A stretch of 64,000 nt of DNA from Actinomycetota bacterium (GTDB lineage Bacteria; Actinomycetota; Actinomycetes; Actinomycetales; Microbacteriaceae): the NCBI GenBank assembly GCA_039804765.1, contig JBDLVL010000002.1:24739-88738 (forward strand), in the 5' to 3' direction. The notes under the pieces are model-generated. The model was not told the DNA's origin. It saw nothing but the letters and a program-made list of their open reading frames with translations, and made no database searches. Shown here piece after piece: positions 27,485 to 38,598 of this stretch. The position numbers were made by a program, and so were the translations under genes. Within the stretch, counting starts at the first letter, position 1; every line of letters starts with the position of its first letter.

Positions 27485-29007
27485 TAGAAGATTCCTTTTG
27501 GTGTGGGCACTGATGCAAGTACTCCGGCCTTGGCAACAAAAGTTAATTGCTTAACCTCGGCTGCTGACAATTCAGGAAGGCGCTGGACGAGATTCAGGAA
27601 TCTTTCGATTTCTGCGTCTTCAAGCACCTCAGAAGCCAAGGTCTTAAATTTATTGATGTATTGCTCTCGAGCAAATGGACGAGCACCAAGCGGGTGGGCA
27701 TCTGCAACGGCGATCTCATCGATAATCTTTGAGCCATCTTTAAGCGTTACCTCTACGCGACCACCAAATGCTTTTTCATTGGGATCAATCGAGTGGTAGC
27801 GACGAGTCCATTCTTTATCTTCAAGTGTTGTGGTCTTATTCCAAAGCTCAACGGTGTCTGGTCGTGCCGCACGTGCAGGAGCGTAGCTGTCAACGTGGTG
27901 CCAGGCGCCATCTTGGAGTGCAACCGTAAAGATGAATGGAATTGAGTGGTCCAAGGTTTCACGGCTTGCTGTCGGATCGTATTTCTGAGGATCGTTGGCG
28001 CCGGAACCAATCACGTAGTGAGTGTGGTGCGATGTGTGAATCACAACTGATTCAACGTTTTTTGGATCTGCAATTTCTGGATGTTCGCGGTGGAGCTTTC
28101 TTGCCAAGTCAATCCAAGCCTGTGCCTGATATTCGGCAGAGTGCTCCTTGGTGTAGGTGTCTAGAATCGAACGCTTTGGCTCGCCTTTTTCTGGAAGCGG
28201 CACCGAGTAGTTTGCATCCGGTCCGTCAAGCATCCAGGCAATTACGCCATCTTCACCTTCATAAATTGGTGTTGGACTTGTCTCCCCGCGCATTGCACGG
28301 TCGACAGCTTCGACCGCCATTTTGCCGGCAAATGCTGGGGCATGCGCCTTCCAGCTCGAAATCTCACCCTTGCGAGACTGGCGAGTTGCCGTGGTGGTGT
28401 GCAGTGCCTGACCGATAGCTTGAAAAATTGTTTCTGCTGGAAGCTTCAACATAGTTCCAATTCCGGCTGCGGCCGATGGGCCTAGGTGAGCAACGTGATC
28501 AATCTTGTGCTTATGAAGGCAAATCGCACGTACCAAGTCCACTTGGATTTCATATCCGGTAGCAATCCCCCTAATCAAGTCAGCACCGTTAACACCCATG
28601 TGCTGGGCGACGGCAAGGATTGGTGGAATGTTATCGCCGGGATGCGAATAATCGGCAGCCAGAAACGTGTCGTGGTAATCAAGCTCGCGAACCGCAACGC
28701 CGTTTGCCCAAGCTGCCCATTCTGGAGAAACAACTTTCTCCGCTTCTTCACCGAATACATTTGCACCTGCACCATTTTGGGTCTTTGGGTGAGCCATTGC
28801 CTGAGAACGAGCCGACACGACTGGTTTACGAGTTAGCGAGGCCGCCGCAACTGATGCATTGTCAATTAAGCGATTGATCACCATCTCAGTAACCTCGGGG
28901 CTGATGGCAACAGGATCGGCAGCAACTTCGGCAATTTTCCAGGCCAGTTGGTCTTTTCGTTCTAGAGTCTCTTCGCTCTTGTAAACCCGTACTTGGTGCA
29001 GCTTCAT
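27484..29007 (-). CDS. prpD: 2-methylcitrate dehydratase (MmgE/PrpD family)
   Basis: [45 protein letters not shown] coupling to prpB. Confidence 0.93.
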   Translation of the reverse strand: MKLHQVRVYKSEETLERKDQLAWKIAEVAADPVAISPEVTEMVINRLIDNASVAAASLTRKPVVSARSQAMAHPKTQNGAGANVFGEEAEKVVSPEWAAWANGVAVRELDYHDTFLAADYSHPGDNIPPILAVAQHMGVNGADLIRGIATGYEIQVDLVRAICLHKHKIDHVAHLGPSAAAGIGTMLKLPAETIFQAIGQALHTTTATRQSRKGEISSWKAHAPAFAGKMAVEAVDRAMRGETSPTPIYEGEDGVIAWMLDGPDANYSVPLPEKGEPKRSILDTYTKEHSAEYQAQAWIDLARKLHREHPEIADPKNVESVVIHTSHHTHYVIGSGANDPQKYDPTASRETLDHSIPFIFTVALQDGAWHHVDSYAPARAARPDTVELWNKTTTLEDKEWTRRYHSIDPNEKAFGGRVEVTLKDGSKIIDEIAVADAHPLGARPFAREQYINKFKTLASEVLEDAEIERFLNLVQRLPELSAAEVKQLTFVAKAGVLASVPTPKGIF

Positions 29008-29047
29008 TGCGGCTCCCCTTTCTATTGGCGTCCGACTAAATATTTGG

Positions 29048-29710
29048 TCAGGCGACTCTTTTGGTTACCTGAAGAGACCGAGCGGTCTCCAGGCTATTTC
29101 TTAGGCTTTGCTGCATGTGCACCTGAGTTGCACTGGCAGCAAGTTCTGGGTTGCGATCAACGATTGCTTCGATGATTACAAGGGTCTCAATAGCGGCAGC
29201 CTTGAGGCGGCCAGTGTCTCGGCGAGAAAGTCGACGAATGCGAGCAAGGTGCAGGTGAAGTGATTTCAAGGCGGCAACCAGATACGGACTTTCAATCGCG
29301 TCCTCAATAGCACGATCGAGGCGTTCATTGAGTGCGTAGTAAGCACGAATGCCAGAATCTCCGGCTTGAATTAGTTGATTTGCATTTCTGAATTCTTGGG
29401 CAAGTTGAGTAAATACTTTTGGGTCTCCGCGAAGGGCCGCTAGCTTGGCCGCCTGCTGCTCAAGAGGTTGGCGAAGTTCATAAAGCTCAACGATGTCATC
29501 CAATGAAACCTGGGTAACTGTTAATCCACGCCCCCGCTGCTGCTCTATCAGTCCGTCTTTACGCAGCTGAGAAAGCGCCTCTCTAAGCGGGGTTCGGGAA
29601 ACACCCAATCTGGCAGACTGCTCAACTTCAGCAAGGGCTACGCCCGGAGCCAGAGTGCCGTCCACGATATCGTCAAGCAGGGCCCGATAAGCCTTATCGC
29701 TGGCTCTCAT
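29048..29710 (-). CDS. GntR/FadR-family regulator with an FCD domain (probable regulator of the prp locus)
   Basis: LAPG..L.E....[13 protein letters not shown] winged HTH, ELYELR..LE, C-terminal HM. First gene of the prpDBC unit. Confidence 0.88.
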   Translation of the reverse strand: MRASDKAYRALLDDIVDGTLAPGVALAEVEQSARLGVSRTPLREALSQLRKDGLIEQQRGRGLTVTQVSLDDIVELYELRQPLEQQAAKLAALRGDPKVFTQLAQEFRNANQLIQAGDSGIRAYYALNERLDRAIEDAIESPYLVAALKSLHLHLARIRRLSRRDTGRLKAAAIETLVIIEAIVDRNPELAASATQVHMQQSLRNSLETARSLQVTKRVA

Positions 29711-29738
29711 GGCACTCCTCTCGTAGCGGTCAAAATTA

Positions 29739-29811
29739 TTGTATACAAAACGTATAACAATTTGGGTTATTTAGCCAAAAAAAGGCAATTTCGCGCATTC
29801 TTTGTATACAT
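29739..29811. promoter_or_regulatory. GntR-type palindromic operator candidates in the divergent gntR/prpE promoter
   Basis: TTGTATACAA (29739-29748, perfect palindrome), adjacent CGTATAACAA (29751-29760) and TTGTATACAT (29802-29811) in an AT-rich spacer. Confidence 0.75.
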
Positions 29812-29892
29812 TTAAGTCAAGTCCCCTATTATCGGGGTTCCGATGTCAGGTGCGGTCAAAGCCGACTGCACTTCTCAATGAGGAGGAACGAC

Positions 29893-31815
29893 ATGTCCAA
29901 CCCTTCGGGAGCCTACGGCCAGCAATATCAGCTGAGCTGTGATGATCCAAATTCGTTTTGGTTAGCCGCCGGAGATGGCATCGATTGGGTCAAAGCACCC
30001 ACCACTGCCCTGGACTCAAGTGAGGCTCCGGTCTACAGCTGGTTTCCAAACGCCGAATTAAACACTTGCTTCAATGCCATTGACCGCCATGTACTTGCCG
30101 GTCGCGGAGATCAAACTGCAATCATTTATGACTCTGCGATGACTGGAACAAAGAAGTTCCACACCTACAACGACCTGCTTGAAAAAGTTTCGTTGTTTGC
30201 CGGCGCTCTTGTAAATCAAGGTGTCACTAAAGGTGACCGCGTCGTAATTTATATGCCAATGATCCCTGAAGCTTTGTACGCAATGCTCGCATGTGCTCGC
30301 ATTGGTGCAATTCACTCTGTGGTTTTTGGTGGCTTCGCTGCTAACGAGCTTGCAGTTCGAATCGATGATGCGACCCCGAAGGTGATTGTGACTTCGTCCG
30401 GTGGATTCGAACCTGGGCGACACGTTGAATACTTGCCGATTATCGAAAAGGCTCTAGCGCTTTCAAACGGTTCAGTTAAATCTGTAATTGTTCATGAACG
30501 TGCCGCTGTTCCAGGCTCTGTAAAAGACTTCGATGAGAAAACCGACGTTCACTGGCTGAGCTGGAAAGAAGCTATCGCAGCTGCTTCTCCACAGGAGCCT
30601 GTGGCCGTTTTAGCAACTGACCCGCTTTACATCCTCTACACATCAGGTACCACCGGAAAGCCAAAAGGAATTGTGCGCGACAACGGTGGCCATGCGGTGG
30701 CAATGAATTGGTCTATGAAGAGCATTTACAACATTGAACCGGGCGATGTGATGTGGGCAGCATCCGATGTTGGCTGGGTCGTTGGCCACTCGTATATTGT
30801 TTACGCTCCGCTTATTGCCGGTGCAACAACAGTCGTGTACGAGGGTAAACCGATTGGCACACCAGACGCAGGTGCTTTTTGGCGAGTAATTGAAGAGCAC
30901 AAAGTTAAAGTTCTGTTTACTGCACCTACTGCAGTTAGAGCCATTCGCAGAATGGACCCGGAACTTGAGTTGCTAAAAAACTATGACGTGTCTTCACTCG
31001 ATGCTCTATTTCTTGCCGGCGAACGCCTTGATACCGAAACCTATCACTGGGCCGATGAAGCGCTGCACTGCCCGGTTATCGACAACTGGTGGCAAACCGA
31101 AACCGGTTGGCCAATCGCAGCTAACCCAAGAGGAATTCAGCCACTTGAAGTTAAGCCTGGTTCGCCGAGCGTTCCAGTACCCGGATACCGAGTATCGGTT
31201 GTGGACTCAAAGGGACAACCGGTCAAGAATGGAAAAGATGGCAACATTGTGATCGCGTTGCCGATGCCACCGGGCACTCTTGCAGGACTATGGGGTCGAC
31301 CAGATGGTTATAAAGAGGCATACCTCAGTGTGTTCAACGGTTTTTATGCGACCGGCGATTCTGGCCGGATCGATGACGATGGCTATGTGTACGTGATGGG
31401 TCGAACCGATGACGTAATTAACGTTGCCGGCCACCGCCTTTCAACCGGGCAACTCGAAGAGGCAATTGCCGGCCACGAGGCCGTTGCGGAATGCGCGGTT
31501 ACCGGCGTGAAGGACGAACTCAAGGGTCAGCGAGCAGTTGGCTTCATTACTTTCAAGCACGGGCACGAAATTGATGAAGAAAAACTTCGCAAGGAAGTGA
31601 TTGCCATTGTGCGCGATGTAGTTGGACCGGTAGCGGCATTCAAGGATGTAGTAATTTTGCAGCGCCTACCAAAAACTCGCTCAGGCAAGGTGCTTCGCAA
31701 GACAATGCGTCAAATTGTTGACGGCGATCAATACAGCGTGCCGCCTACTATCGAGGACCCAACGGTTCTCGATGACTTGAAAGTTGCCCTATCAGAGCAA
31801 TACAAGCCAGCCTAA
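29893..31815 (+). CDS. prpE: Propionate--CoA ligase (acetyl-CoA synthetase family)
   Basis: LNTCFNAIDRH, YTSGTTGKPKG, DVGWVVGHSY, WWQTETG, LPKTRSGK. AGGAGG SD before ATG 29893. Divergent from prpDBC. Confidence 0.85.
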   Translation: MSNPSGAYGQQYQLSCDDPNSFWLAAGDGIDWVKAPTTALDSSEAPVYSWFPNAELNTCFNAIDRHVLAGRGDQTAIIYDSAMTGTKKFHTYNDLLEKVSLFAGALVNQGVTKGDRVVIYMPMIPEALYAMLACARIGAIHSVVFGGFAANELAVRIDDATPKVIVTSSGGFEPGRHVEYLPIIEKALALSNGSVKSVIVHERAAVPGSVKDFDEKTDVHWLSWKEAIAAASPQEPVAVLATDPLYILYTSGTTGKPKGIVRDNGGHAVAMNWSMKSIYNIEPGDVMWAASDVGWVVGHSYIVYAPLIAGATTVVYEGKPIGTPDAGAFWRVIEEHKVKVLFTAPTAVRAIRRMDPELELLKNYDVSSLDALFLAGERLDTETYHWADEALHCPVIDNWWQTETGWPIAANPRGIQPLEVKPGSPSVPVPGYRVSVVDSKGQPVKNGKDGNIVIALPMPPGTLAGLWGRPDGYKEAYLSVFNGFYATGDSGRIDDDGYVYVMGRTDDVINVAGHRLSTGQLEEAIAGHEAVAECAVTGVKDELKGQRAVGFITFKHGHEIDEEKLRKEVIAIVRDVVGPVAAFKDVVILQRLPKTRSGKVLRKTMRQIVDGDQYSVPPTIEDPTVLDDLKVALSEQYKPA

Positions 31816-31844
31816 AAGTCCGCTAGCAAACCAATGAACTTGAT

Positions 31845-33353
31845 TTAGCGCTTGCGCTTCTCACGAACACGCATACCAACCTCGATTGGCGTGCCTTCGA
31901 ACCCGTAGGTCTCGCGCAGGCGACGCGTGATGAAGCGGCGGTAGCCCGGGTCCAAGAAGCCAGTGGTGAACAAGACAAACTTTGGCGGGCGGCTGCTTGC
32001 CTGGGTAGCAAACAAGATGCGTGGCTGCTTGCCACCACGCACAGGGTGCGGGGTCTCCATTGCCAGCTCTTGCACAAATGCGTTGAGTTTTCCCGTTGCG
32101 ATGCGCTGATCCCATGAGTCCAGAGCAACCTCAAGAGCAGGAACCAACTTTTCTAGGTGGCGGCCGGTCTTTGCAGAAATGTTTACGCGCGGTGCCCAGT
32201 CAACGTGTGCAAGGTCTTGCTCGATCTCACGCTCAAGATACTTGCGACGCTCGTCGTCTAGCTCGTCCCATTTATTGAAGGCAAGAACCAGTGCACGACC
32301 GGACTCAAGTGCCATGTCAACGATGCGAATGTCTGCCTCGCTGATTGGTTGAGTTACGTCAAATAGAACTACTGCAACTTCTGCACGCTCAAGCGCGGCA
32401 GCTGTGCGAAGCGATGCGTAGAAATCAGCACCCTGCGCCAAGTGCACACGGCGACGAATACCGGCTGTGTCAACAAAGCGCCAAGCCTTGCCGCCAAGTT
32501 CAACTTGTTCGTCGATTGGGTCACGAGTCGTTCCGGCAAGTTCGTTAACCACTGCACGTTCAGAACCAACTGCTCTATTTAGCAGCGATGACTTACCAAC
32601 GTTTGGACGACCAATAAGTGCAACTCTGCGTGGGCCGCCAATTTCTTCTTTGGCAACATTTGAAATCTTTGGCAGAACCTTCATGGCTGCATCAAGAAGA
32701 TCGGCAACGCCACGACCGTGAACCGCAGAACACGGGTAAGGCTCGCCCAGCCCAAGTGACCATAGGTTTGCGGCTTCTGGTTCTTGACGCACATCATCAA
32801 TCTTGTTGGCGACCAAAATAACCGGCTTGCCAGATGCACGCAGCATCTTTACAACGCGTTCATCGGTGCTGGTAGCGCCAACCATTGCATCAACCACAAA
32901 CAAAACCGCGTCGGCAAGTTCAACGGCGATTTCCGCCTGAATCGCAACCGACTTATCAATGCCTCGCGCGTCTGGCTCCCAACCACCGGTATCAACCAGG
33001 GTGAACTTACGCTCGTTCCATTCGGCCTTGTAGGAAACGCGGTCACGGGTAACACCGGGCTTGTCTTCGACAACTGCCTCACGGCGACCAAGGATTCGGT
33101 TGACCAATGCAGACTTGCCAACATTTGGGCGACCCACAATTGCAAGTACCGGCAGGGCTGGCAAGAAATAGTGGCCGTCCGCAAGATCTTCGCCGCCGTC
33201 AAGAACGTCAAAGTCTTCGTCGTCTAGGTCGTAGTCCTCTAGGCCAGAGCGCAAAACTCGTGCGCGCGACTCTTCTTCATCAGTGCTCATGCTTTGCAGG
33301 CGCTCGATGAACTCCGGTGCTGCAGGTTCCGCTAGGAATTCTTCTTCATTCAT
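31845..33353 (-). CDS. der: Ribosome biogenesis GTPase Der (EngA)
   Basis: Two GRPNVGKS G domains, DTGG/DTAG, NKID/NKWD; acidic N-terminal extension. Confidence 0.97.
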   Translation of the reverse strand: MNEEEFLAEPAAPEFIERLQSMSTDEEESRARVLRSGLEDYDLDDEDFDVLDGGEDLADGHYFLPALPVLAIVGRPNVGKSALVNRILGRREAVVEDKPGVTRDRVSYKAEWNERKFTLVDTGGWEPDARGIDKSVAIQAEIAVELADAVLFVVDAMVGATSTDERVVKMLRASGKPVILVANKIDDVRQEPEAANLWSLGLGEPYPCSAVHGRGVADLLDAAMKVLPKISNVAKEEIGGPRRVALIGRPNVGKSSLLNRAVGSERAVVNELAGTTRDPIDEQVELGGKAWRFVDTAGIRRRVHLAQGADFYASLRTAAALERAEVAVVLFDVTQPISEADIRIVDMALESGRALVLAFNKWDELDDERRKYLEREIEQDLAHVDWAPRVNISAKTGRHLEKLVPALEVALDSWDQRIATGKLNAFVQELAMETPHPVRGGKQPRILFATQASSRPPKFVLFTTGFLDPGYRRFITRRLRETYGFEGTPIEVGMRVREKRKR

Positions 33354-33362
33354 TCTTAATCC

Positions 33363-34028
33363 TTAGGACAAACCCTGCTCAATCAGCGCAATCACGGCCG
33401 AAACCGACTGATTGAAATTGAGATCAGATGTATCCACGAGTTGGACACCAGGAGCTGGTGTCATAAAGTCAACGACCTTTGAGTCGCTGGCGTCACGTTC
33501 CGAAACCTGACGCATAACGCTTGCAGCAGTGCTTTCAGAAAGTTCCGCTGATCGTCGCTTAAGTCTAACCGCTTCACTGGCTGTGAGTAAGAGGCGAATT
33601 GGGGCATTGGGTGCCACCACGGTGGTTATATCGCGGCCCTCAACGACTACCGCCGCCTTGCCAGACTTAGCAACCAGGCGGTGAGTAAGGTCATTCATGA
33701 AGTTTCTGACCTCGGGAATTCGAGCAACCTGACTTACGAATTCGGCAACCTGCGGCTCACGAATGGCGGCTGTGAGGTCAACATCGCCCACTTTTACCCA
33801 GAAATTATCGGGATCAGTAGAGATTTGGTAGTCAAAGGCTTGGTCAAGGTTCAGACTCGCAAGCGATTCAATTGAAAATTCCGGCAAGTTTAGGCAGGCC
33901 CAGGCTAGTGCGCGGTAAGCGGCTCCGGTATCTAGGTACCCAAAACCCAACTCGCGAGCAACCTGCTTACTAACGCTTGATTTACCAGATCCAGCTGGTC
34001 CATCAATCGCGATGATTTTGGTGGCCAT
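33363..34028 (-). CDS. cmk: Cytidylate kinase
   Basis: IAIDGPAGSGKSS, YLDTGAAYR, VEGRDI. Confidence 0.96.
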   Translation of the reverse strand: MATKIIAIDGPAGSGKSSVSKQVARELGFGYLDTGAAYRALAWACLNLPEFSIESLASLNLDQAFDYQISTDPDNFWVKVGDVDLTAAIREPQVAEFVSQVARIPEVRNFMNDLTHRLVAKSGKAAVVVEGRDITTVVAPNAPIRLLLTASEAVRLKRRSAELSESTAASVMRQVSERDASDSKVVDFMTPAPGVQLVDTSDLNFNQSVSAVIALIEQGLS

Positions 34029-35104
34029 TACGCGATTCGCCAGCCACGTTTTTGCAGATCGGCAATTAGTGCAGCTTCTGCAGATGGAACTACGTAAAGT
34101 TCAACCAAACCAATCTGCGCACTTGGTGAGTGCTCCAACTTAAGTTCTTCAAGGTTGATGCCGATTTCGCCTACCTCGGTTAGCAAGCGAGCCAACTCTC
34201 CTGGTTGGTCATCAATCATCACAATAATTTGAGCGTAGGTTGAGTGCTTGGTTCCGTGCTTACCCGGAATCTTTTCAACACCGATATTGCCTGCCTCAAG
34301 TGCATGGCGAAGCTGACCAACAGATTTATCTGATTCCAAATTGCTCAGTGCACCGATCACGGTGGCGAGATCGACTGAAAGTGATTCAAGAACCTGCAGT
34401 ACCTCAACAGAGTTTGCCTGAAGAATTTGTACCCAGAGATCAGGGTCGCTGGCTGCAATCCTGGTGGTGTCGCGTAGTCCCTGACCAGCAAGTGCAACGT
34501 CATCGTTCTTGGCGTCAACTAATCGGGCCGCCAACAAACTAGAGACCAACTGCGGCACGTGAGAGACCAAAGCAACGGCACGGTCGTGATCTTTTGGAGA
34601 AACAGTTACCACCGATGACTCAAGCGAGTTAGCCAGATCTGCAACGAGTTGGATTCCGGTCGCATCGGATTTTGAATTTGGCGTAATTACCCAGGGGCGA
34701 CCAACAAATAAATCTGCTCGCCCAGCGATTGCTCCCCCGCGTTCGCGCCCGGCCATTGGGTGTGAACCCACGTAGCGCTCAACTGGTGCAGCTAATCTTT
34801 CAAGTTCGGCAAGGATGCCCGCCTTTATGCTGGCGACATCAGTGACGATTGCATCCGGAAATGAAATTAGTTCTTCGGCAACAATTTGCGCGGTTAGCTG
34901 TGGAGGAACACAAACCACAATCAACTTTGGTGAGTCATCTTCACGAACAGCGCGCCCTGCACCGTAACTGACGGCAAGATCAACGCTCTTTGTTGACTTC
35001 GAAGAAATTGCAACATCAATGCCCTGCTTGGTGAGGGCTAGCCCAATACTGGTTCCGAGTAGTCCCGCTCCTACGATGCGGACTTCACCGGTGAGGCTTG
35101 TCAC
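34028..35104 (-). CDS. tyrA: Prephenate dehydrogenase with a C-terminal ACT domain
   Basis: GAGLLGTS Rossmann fold, TDVASIK, HPMAGRE, HDRAVALVSHVPQ, RDTTRIA, DQPGELA. Confidence 0.93.
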   Translation of the reverse strand: MTSLTGEVRIVGAGLLGTSIGLALTKQGIDVAISSKSTKSVDLAVSYGAGRAVREDDSPKLIVVCVPPQLTAQIVAEELISFPDAIVTDVASIKAGILAELERLAAPVERYVGSHPMAGRERGGAIAGRADLFVGRPWVITPNSKSDATGIQLVADLANSLESSVVTVSPKDHDRAVALVSHVPQLVSSLLAARLVDAKNDDVALAGQGLRDTTRIAASDPDLWVQILQANSVEVLQVLESLSVDLATVIGALSNLESDKSVGQLRHALEAGNIGVEKIPGKHGTKHSTYAQIIVMIDDQPGELARLLTEVGEIGINLEELKLEHSPSAQIGLVELYVVPSAEAALIADLQKRGWRIA

Positions 35105-35463
35105 TGTGCGATGTCCTGACGGAGTGCGGTAGCGCCACGAAGATAAACGTGCTGGATTTCTGCACGACTCTTATCTGTTTCGGCCATGATCATGATGCGA
35201 ACCGTGCGAGGCAGCGCACCAACAACATCCATCTCAACAAAGCACATCAGTGGAACATCGCCAAGCGAAAGTTCACGCGCGGCAACTGCTGGAAATTCGC
35301 TAGTTACGTCCGGTGTAGCGGTGAAGAAAATTGAGATAAGTTGACCGGCATCAAGATCATTGGCGTGCAAGGTCTTGGTAAGTAGTTCGGCAGTTGATTT
35401 TAGAAGGTGCTCGCGCTCGTCGACGTCAAGCTGAATCGCACCACGAATTGCGCGGATCGCCAT
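35101..35463 (-). CDS. aroH: AroH-type chorismate mutase
   Basis: MAIRAIRGA, FPAVAAR, VPLMC..E..V.GALPR, HVYLRGA..LRQD. ATG at 35463. Confidence 0.93.
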   Translation of the reverse strand: MAIRAIRGAIQLDVDEREHLLKSTAELLTKTLHANDLDAGQLISIFFTATPDVTSEFPAVAARELSLGDVPLMCFVEMDVVGALPRTVRIMIMAETDKSRAEIQHVYLRGATALRQDIAQ

Positions 35464-35464
35464 G

Positions 35465-36274
35465 TTACTTCCTCTTCCCACGAGCGGCTTGGGCAACAGC
35501 TTTCTTGTTTGCTGGCCTTGGCGCGCGCTTTACTTCACCTTCGGCTGCTTTCAAAAGCGCACCGACCTCTATTTTACTTAGCTCGCGGATTCGCCCCTCT
35601 TTTAGCGGGCCGAGTTGAATTGGGCCAAACTGTCGGCGCACTAGGCCAACTACAGGGTGTCCAACAAACTCAAACATGCGTCTCACGATTCGGTTTCGAC
35701 CAGAGTGCAAAACAACTTCAACCAAGCTCTCACCCGGTTGAACATCAACCACGTGAGCCTTATCGGCTTTGATCATTCCGTCTTCAAGCTCAAAACCACT
35801 GAGCAGCTTGTGAATGATTGCCGGAGTAACCACACCCTCAACGCGAGCCACGTAAGTCTTGGTGACGCCAAACTTTGGGTGCGCTAGCTTGTGAGCCAGG
35901 TCACCGTCATTGGTCATGATGATTAGGCCGGTGGTCTCTGAGTCAAGACGACCCACATTGAAAACGCGGTCGTAACCTACAACAAACTGAGAAAGATCTG
36001 GTCTGCCATTTTCATCGGCCATTGAACTAACCACGCCTTGCGGTTTGTTCAGCGCCAAGTAAACACGCGAGTTGTCTAGCTGAACCGGAGTTCCGCCAAC
36101 GGTGACTTTGTCTACCTCTGGATTAATGCGAGTGCCAAGTTCGGTAACAACCTTGCCGTTAACTTTTACGCGGCCCTGAGTGATCATGTCTTCGCAAACG
36201 CGACGAGAGGCAACGCCCGCGGCGGCCATAACCTTCTGGAGTCTTACGCCCTCCGGCTCATCCTTAAACTGCAT
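35465..36274 (-). CDS. rluB: 23S rRNA pseudouridine synthase (RluB/RsuA family)
   Basis: S4 domain RLQKVMAAAGVASRR, LNKP, VGRLD, GRNRIVRRM. Start uncertain (36274 or 36292). Confidence 0.88.
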   Translation of the reverse strand: MQFKDEPEGVRLQKVMAAAGVASRRVCEDMITQGRVKVNGKVVTELGTRINPEVDKVTVGGTPVQLDNSRVYLALNKPQGVVSSMADENGRPDLSQFVVGYDRVFNVGRLDSETTGLIIMTNDGDLAHKLAHPKFGVTKTYVARVEGVVTPAIIHKLLSGFELEDGMIKADKAHVVDVQPGESLVEVVLHSGRNRIVRRMFEFVGHPVVGLVRRQFGPIQLGPLKEGRIRELSKIEVGALLKAAEGEVKRAPRPANKKAVAQAARGKRK

Positions 36275-36929
36275 CGAAGTTGCTGTTCGCATCAGGCAGG
36301 TAAGGGCTAATTAACGGCAACTCATCCAGAGAGTTGATACCCAGCACCTCAAGCAACAGCGGTGCGGTTCCATAGTGAATCGCACCAGATTCTGAATCGG
36401 TGTAAAGCTCTGTAATCAATCCGCGACTATGCAGAGTGCGCACAACTGAATCCACATTCACCGCACGAATCGATGCAATCTGACCGCGAGAAATCGGCTG
36501 CTTGTAGGCAATAACTGCAAGGGTCTCTAGCGCAGCCTGACTCAACTTGGTTGGGTTCTCGTTTGCCACAAACATCTTTACTGCCCAGTCGTAATCTGCG
36601 CGCACATACATGCGCCAGCCGCCGCCAACTTCGCGAAGTTCAAAACCACGAGGGGTCTCGCCTTCCGCGCCGTCGTAGTCTGCCTTCAAAGAATTAATCG
36701 CATCGCGAATTTCTGTAACCGGGCGCTCCAAAGCGGTAGCGATAGCGATGATTGAAATTGGCGCATCAGTGATCATAAGGATCGCCTCAACCGCAGAACG
36801 TAGGTTGTCGGCACTCACCGGCTCAAGTTGTTCAACGAATTCGGCCGGTGAAAGTTCACTTACCTCTTCAACCACCACGTCTTGAGCGGCTAACTCTTCC
36901 GCTTCTGGTGTTACATCATCAAGAGTCAT
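36264..36929 (-). CDS. scpB: SMC-Scp complex subunit ScpB
   Basis: EAILM, KLSQAALETLAVIAYKQP, YGT...L..LGINSLDELP. Confidence 0.94.
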   Translation of the reverse strand: MTLDDVTPEAEELAAQDVVVEEVSELSPAEFVEQLEPVSADNLRSAVEAILMITDAPISIIAIATALERPVTEIRDAINSLKADYDGAEGETPRGFELREVGGGWRMYVRADYDWAVKMFVANENPTKLSQAALETLAVIAYKQPISRGQIASIRAVNVDSVVRTLHSRGLITELYTDSESGAIHYGTAPLLLEVLGINSLDELPLISPYLPDANSNFDAV

Positions 36930-37752
36930 AGTCAGCTCCAAGGTTGGCTAGTTTTTCATCATCAAAGTTTTCGGCACTCCAAGCAAGTTTGATGTCGCCT
37001 AGTGGCTCATCTTGCTCAAAAGAAATTGCTGAAAGTCGGTAAAGCTCAAGCACCGACAGGAATCGGGCGACCACAATTGCACGGTCCTTAATTGAGCCAA
37101 TGAGTTCACGGAAGGTCATGCGCACCGAACGCTTAAGCATCATCACCACTTCGCGAGCCTGCTCACGAATGCTGACGCGTGGCGCGTGCAAGTGAGTTAG
37201 ACCAACCGATGGAATCTCGCGCGGAGTGAGGGTGTCTTGTGCCAACACTCCGAACTCTTCGAGAGTCATCTTCCAAACCAACTCTGGCTGCTGCTTTCGG
37301 AAACGCTCCTCAAGCGGAACATCACGCGCAATACGCATTGCCTCAAGTGCCATGGCAGTGCTGAAGTAACTCGAAATTTCTTTGAACGCGCGATATTGAA
37401 GCAAACGAGCAAACAGCAAGTCGCGGGCCTCAAGCAGCGCTACGTCTTCGGCGTCGACTACCTCACCCTTTGGTAAGAGTCCGGCAATCTTTAGGTCAAG
37501 CAGGGTGGCCGCGATCACCAGGAACTCACTGGCCTGGTCCATCTCTTCTTCTTCGTCGAGAGTCTTTAGGTACGAGATGAATTCATCTGTTACCTTGCTA
37601 AGCGAGATCTCAGTGATGTCCATCTCGTGCTTTGAAATCAACGAAAGCAAAAGGTCGAACGGGCCATCGAAGTTGCCAAGGTTTACAGCAAATCCTGAAC
37701 CCTTGTCTGATTCGTGAGTTAGGTCAGAGTTAAGCAACACCGCCACGGGCAA
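36919..37752 (-). CDS. scpA: SMC-Scp complex kleisin ScpA
   Basis: FDGPFDLLLSLI, SEFLVIAATLLDLK, RFLSVLEL. Exact start uncertain. Confidence 0.94.
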   Translation of the reverse strand: MPVAVLLNSDLTHESDKGSGFAVNLGNFDGPFDLLLSLISKHEMDITEISLSKVTDEFISYLKTLDEEEEMDQASEFLVIAATLLDLKIAGLLPKGEVVDAEDVALLEARDLLFARLLQYRAFKEISSYFSTAMALEAMRIARDVPLEERFRKQQPELVWKMTLEEFGVLAQDTLTPREIPSVGLTHLHAPRVSIREQAREVVMMLKRSVRMTFRELIGSIKDRAIVVARFLSVLELYRLSAISFEQDEPLGDIKLAWSAENFDDEKLANLGADYDS

Positions 37753-38560
37753 CCAACTCCTTTGCTACCGTGCGGTAAACCTCAGCCGCATCTGATGTGG
37801 GTGCAAATTCAGTTATCGGTGCCTGGGCAACGGTTGCGTCGGGGAACTTTACAGTTCTAGGAATTACAGTCTTAAACAGCTTTTCACCGAATGCCTCTTT
37901 TAGGCGATCAAGAACCTCACGCGAGTGCAAAGTGCGAGTGTCAACCATGGTGGCCAAAATTCCATCAAGCTGCAGCGCTGGGTTCAAGCCCTCTTTCACC
38001 TTGCCGATAATGTCTTCGAGAATTGCAACGCCGCGCAATGCAAAAAATTCGGTTGCCAACGGAATAATCACACCGTGAGCGGCGGTCAAAGCGTTAACGG
38101 TCAACAAACCAAGTGATGGCTGGCAGTCGATAATGATTGCATCGTAATCGGCGGAAAGCTGCTTCAAGATCTTGGCCAGAATTTGTTCACGAGCAATTTC
38201 GTTAACCAATTTCATCTCGGCTGCAGAAAGTTCGATGTTTGCCGGAATTACATCGAGGTTTGGATTATCGGTGTGCTGAATCGCGCTTGAAGGATCAATC
38301 GTGCGATCGAGCATTAGGTCGTAAATTGTGGTGGCATCGTGTGCGTTGATACCAAGACCGGCAGAAAGCGCACCCTGTGGGTCAAAATCGATGAGCAGAA
38401 CCTTGCGGCCATATTCGGCGAGCGCTGCTGACATATTGATTGAGGTGGTGGTCTTACCCACGCCGCCCTTTTGATTACACATCGCGATGATGCGCGCTGG
38501 GCCATGGGACTTCAACGGCTTAGGGGTGGCGAAGCGGGTGTCCGCAGATGCCTTAGCCAT
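37730..38560 (-). CDS. ParA/Soj-family ATPase (Rv1708-like)
   Basis: NQKGGVGKTT, DFDPQG, IDCQPSLGLLTVNAL, TVKFPDA. Between xerD and scpA. Confidence 0.92.
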   Translation of the reverse strand: MAKASADTRFATPKPLKSHGPARIIAMCNQKGGVGKTTTSINMSAALAEYGRKVLLIDFDPQGALSAGLGINAHDATTIYDLMLDRTIDPSSAIQHTDNPNLDVIPANIELSAAEMKLVNEIAREQILAKILKQLSADYDAIIIDCQPSLGLLTVNALTAAHGVIIPLATEFFALRGVAILEDIIGKVKEGLNPALQLDGILATMVDTRTLHSREVLDRLKEAFGEKLFKTVIPRTVKFPDATVAQAPITEFAPTSDAAEVYRTVAKELVARGGVA

Positions 38561-38598
38561 GATTTCCTCCCGAAATTACGTTTGAATCGGGTTCTAGC

